Source: Folioceros fuciformis (lineage: Eukaryota). From it: a DNA stretch of 20,000 bases. The stretch is from assembly GCA_049999805.1 (NCBI GenBank), contig JBNGIO010006185.1:149775-169774 (forward strand), read 5' to 3'. Position numbers and translations under genes: made by a program. Below are positions 17,401-20,000 of the stretch, in pieces. The notes beneath the pieces were generated by a model, which was not told where the DNA came from, ran no database searches, and saw nothing but the letters and a program-made list of their open reading frames with translations. Every line of letters begins with the position of its first letter. Positions within the stretch are counted from its first letter, which is position 1.

Positions 17401-19870
17401 CAATGACGGAAGTGTCCAGGCAGAGGTTGTCCAAGAAGGCGAAGCGAGATCGGCTGCTTGGGTGCCCGCTACCTTCCAGAAGGCACCCTTTGGGTCAGCT
17501 CCTGTGGAAACTGTCGTGGATTATCAGGTAGAGAATCCAGCAGATGTGCTAACGGCGGGTCCTGAGGAGTTGGGCAGGCAGGCTGAATGTTGTCTGGGTG
17601 ATTCAACAGCAAAGGGCTAGGCTGCTCAGGCAAGAGGCGGTAGGGTGTCATCGGATGTGGGGAACAGGTCGGGACTTTTGTCTCAGGAGAAATTCCTGGC
17701 CTAGGTCGTGAAGACTCAACATACCGGTCCCTTGGTTGCGGGTTCTGGTTTCCCATCCTTGCAGGCTGGTGGGGAGGATGAAGAAATGTCAGTGGTGCCG
17801 CCTGGGTAGGATCCTATCACTGAGGAAGGGAGGTGCAGCTTGGTGAGCGCTCCAAGTGTGCGGCAGCAGCTCTTTTCTCCCGGGGCATCTAACAGCGGCA
17901 ATCCTCGAGAATGAGACAGTAGGAATTCTCTGGAGGCGGGGGATTCGAGGTGTGGGGAGGTGCACCATGAGCCTCCCACTGCGCTGAAGTGGAGGGACGA
18001 GGTGTCTGTGGAGGGTGGTGCCGTCGTGGTGGGGATCCAGCATGCCAACGGATCCCGAGGACAGGAGGCGGCTCTGGATCCCCCTAAGGAGAGCGTGCAG
18101 GACGGATCTTCCACACCCTTGGACGAGAATCGAGCTCGGGAGGCTTTTTGCCTGTTGCCTTGCAACTCGCATCACGAGAGAGTTCTAGCAAGCCTTGAGG
18201 TAGGTGCCGATGCTAGGGAGGATGGTGAGAGGTGGGCGGATTGCGCTGCAGAGTGTGGTTGGGTAGGTCAGGGGGAGATGGGTGAGCATGTGGTCTCCAT
18301 CGATGGAGTTTGCCAGGCAGGGGACACACAGGGCGGGAAGGTGAGCTTGGTAGTTTACCCCCTGCCGTTGGCAAGAAGACGCTGTCTTCCCTTGGGCTGG
18401 GGCACCCAGTGTGGGTCGTTCGGTGGAAGATTTAGCCTATGAGCAATTGGCAGTCTCTATGGCGGTGACCGGACAGTTCGAGATCCTTCGGGTCGCTGAG
18501 TCGGCAACGACGCCTCTAGATACAGGGTCTGAGGGAATGCTAAGCGCACTCTCGAGGACTAATCTAGGATCCAGCTTAGTCCCTGATGAGGTGACGGTAT
18601 CGCCTCCTCAAATGTTCTGTGATGGGTTGGCTCCTGCGGGCTCGGACCAGGGGACAAGATCCGTCACTTCCTCTCAAGCTGTCGGTGAGGAAGTGGGAAG
18701 GGAGTCTTCCACGGTGCTTCATGGGCTTCAATCTCTTGTCTCTACGCGGGGGGGCCCAGCACTTCACAACTTGTGAGCTCCGGGTCATCTGTCTCCCGGG
18801 CCTGGGGGGACCCCAGTCCTGCTGGAACCGTAGAGCCAGGCGCAGAACCGGCTTACAATCCCACTACCTGGAAAACGATGGCAAGCTTTGTCTTGATCAC
18901 AGGCAAGAAGAGGAGCATGAGGTGGCAGTAGGGAAGAGGACTCGTGTCTCGGACGATTTGTCATCAGGACATAAACGTCAGGATCAGATTGCTGTGGCCA
19001 AGGCAAGGAAGGCGATCAGATTGCTGTGGCCAAGGCTAGGAAGGCGATCAGATTGCTGTGGCCAAGGCAAGGAAGGCGATCAGATTGCTGTGGCCAAGGC
19101 TAGGAAGGCGATCAGATTGTTGTGGCCAAGGCAAGGAAGGCGTTGAACGAAGTAGGCCAACGCATGGCCTTGGATATCACCTCCCCGGAAGGGGAAAAGA
19201 TTAAGGTGCTGGAAGGGACAAGGGGAGGCAATAGGTCTCTTGGGAAGACTTCTGCTGGCGTGGGGAACGACCCTTTGGTAATACGCAGTCACCACAGATA
19301 TGGAGCAAGACTGGGGTCTACAATGGATGGAAATGGTTTTGCGTGTCTCGGAAAAACCGTGGAGGACTGTGCCAGCCCCACAAAATGTGCCAGCCCCAAC
19401 ATGAGAGATAACGCGGTGTACGCATCCAAGGAGGACTTATTCTCCATTCCTTGTGTCCTTGGACTTATTCTCCACTCCTTGTGCTGAGGATAATGAGGAT
19501 ATTTGTGCTGAGGATAATGAGGATACTAATACTGTTTGGCATGAAGTGCAAGCCGTTGTCTCCGGGGATGAAGGAAGCACCTCTCCATTAAATTCCTTGG
19601 AAAAGGACTTGGTGCGGGTTAAGGTGACGCAGGTGACGCAGAATGAGTATCCTCCTTAAGAGTTCCATCCAGCGCAGGAGGTATCCTGCTTGCTGAATGG
19701 CCAGGAGCTCAAGAAGGCAGAAGGTACAACCAGGAGGAAAGGGCAGACAGTTTGCGATCAACCTAACGGTTATGAAAAAGGTTCACGACTTTTATTCTTT
19801 TTTGGTTATGATAGGAGGGGGGGAGCAACTACCCCTTATCATCACATTGCACCAATTGCATGCAGGGCAG
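14420..19870 (+). mobile_element. Decayed non-LTR retrotransposon (L1-clade LINE-like): ORF1 with DUF4283-like region and zinc knuckle, long low-complexity extension, possible ORF2 start near 19700. Boundaries approximate.
   Basis: TWAAVV motif (~14503), VVGWLLSGGPPSVEKLEKWA, PLLVEAW, LWVGLPALP..ILGTIGRVVEV, then FDYPDMPVRCGVCGLKSHLKQICP (CX2CX4HX4C, 15269-15310). This is the typical plant LINE ORF1 layout. Many in-frame stops. Confidence 0.8.
18982..19141 (+). repeat. Tandem repeat, 5 x 32 bp
   Basis: Unit GATCAGATTGCTGTGGCCAAGGC(A/T)AGGAAGGC starting at 18982, 19014, 19046, 19078 and 19110. Confidence 0.97.
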
Positions 19871-20000
19871 GAAAGAGTCTTTGACTTCTTGTCAGCCGGA
19901 GGGGTTCTTATAGGAAAGAGTCTTTGACTTCTTGTCAGCCGGAGGGGTTCTTATAGGAAAGAGTCTTTGACTTCTTGTCAGCCGGAGGGGTTCTTATAGG
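19869..20000 (+). repeat. Tandem repeat, >=3 x 43 bp, truncated by window end
   Basis: Unit AGGAAAGAGTCTTTGACTTCTTGTCAGCCGGAGGGGTTCTTAT at 19869, 19912 and 19955, with a fourth starting at 19998. Copies identical, no spacers. Confidence 0.97.

Noticed and set aside
15922-19295. Minus-strand ORFs within the LINE region
   Set aside because: Pro/Ser/Arg-rich shadows of the G-rich plus-strand frame; no recognisable domains.
18982-20000. CRISPR-like arrays (32-bp and 43-bp repeats)
   Set aside because: Units are directly adjacent with no unique spacers, there are no cas genes, and the context is eukaryotic.

Overview
Compact, intron-containing land-plant nuclear DNA. The DYW:KP-type PPR gene points to a hornwort, fern or lycophyte. 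From left to right: the probable 3' end of an unidentified + strand gene; a 4-exon gluconokinase (-); a 2-exon octanoyltransferase LIP2/LipB (-); and a divergent PLS-class PPR gene (~26 motifs + E1/E2 + DYW domain with KPARA and HAEK signatures), a candidate U-to-C RNA editing factor. Next is a ~6.5 kb cluster of three intact, intronless paralogs encoding a ~195-aa secreted-looking protein with 7 invariant Cys that I cannot assign to a known family. All three paralogs share a homologous upstream block. Two lie in an inverted duplication capped on both sides by decayed fragments of one specific PPR triplet of the neighbouring editing gene. The right part holds an initiator tRNA-Met gene with a U20 variant and a decayed L1-like LINE. 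The LINE has a very long ORF1 broken almost only by in-frame TAG stops, plus several young tandem repeats. Gene models, alignments and identities were derived by eye; no database searches were run.
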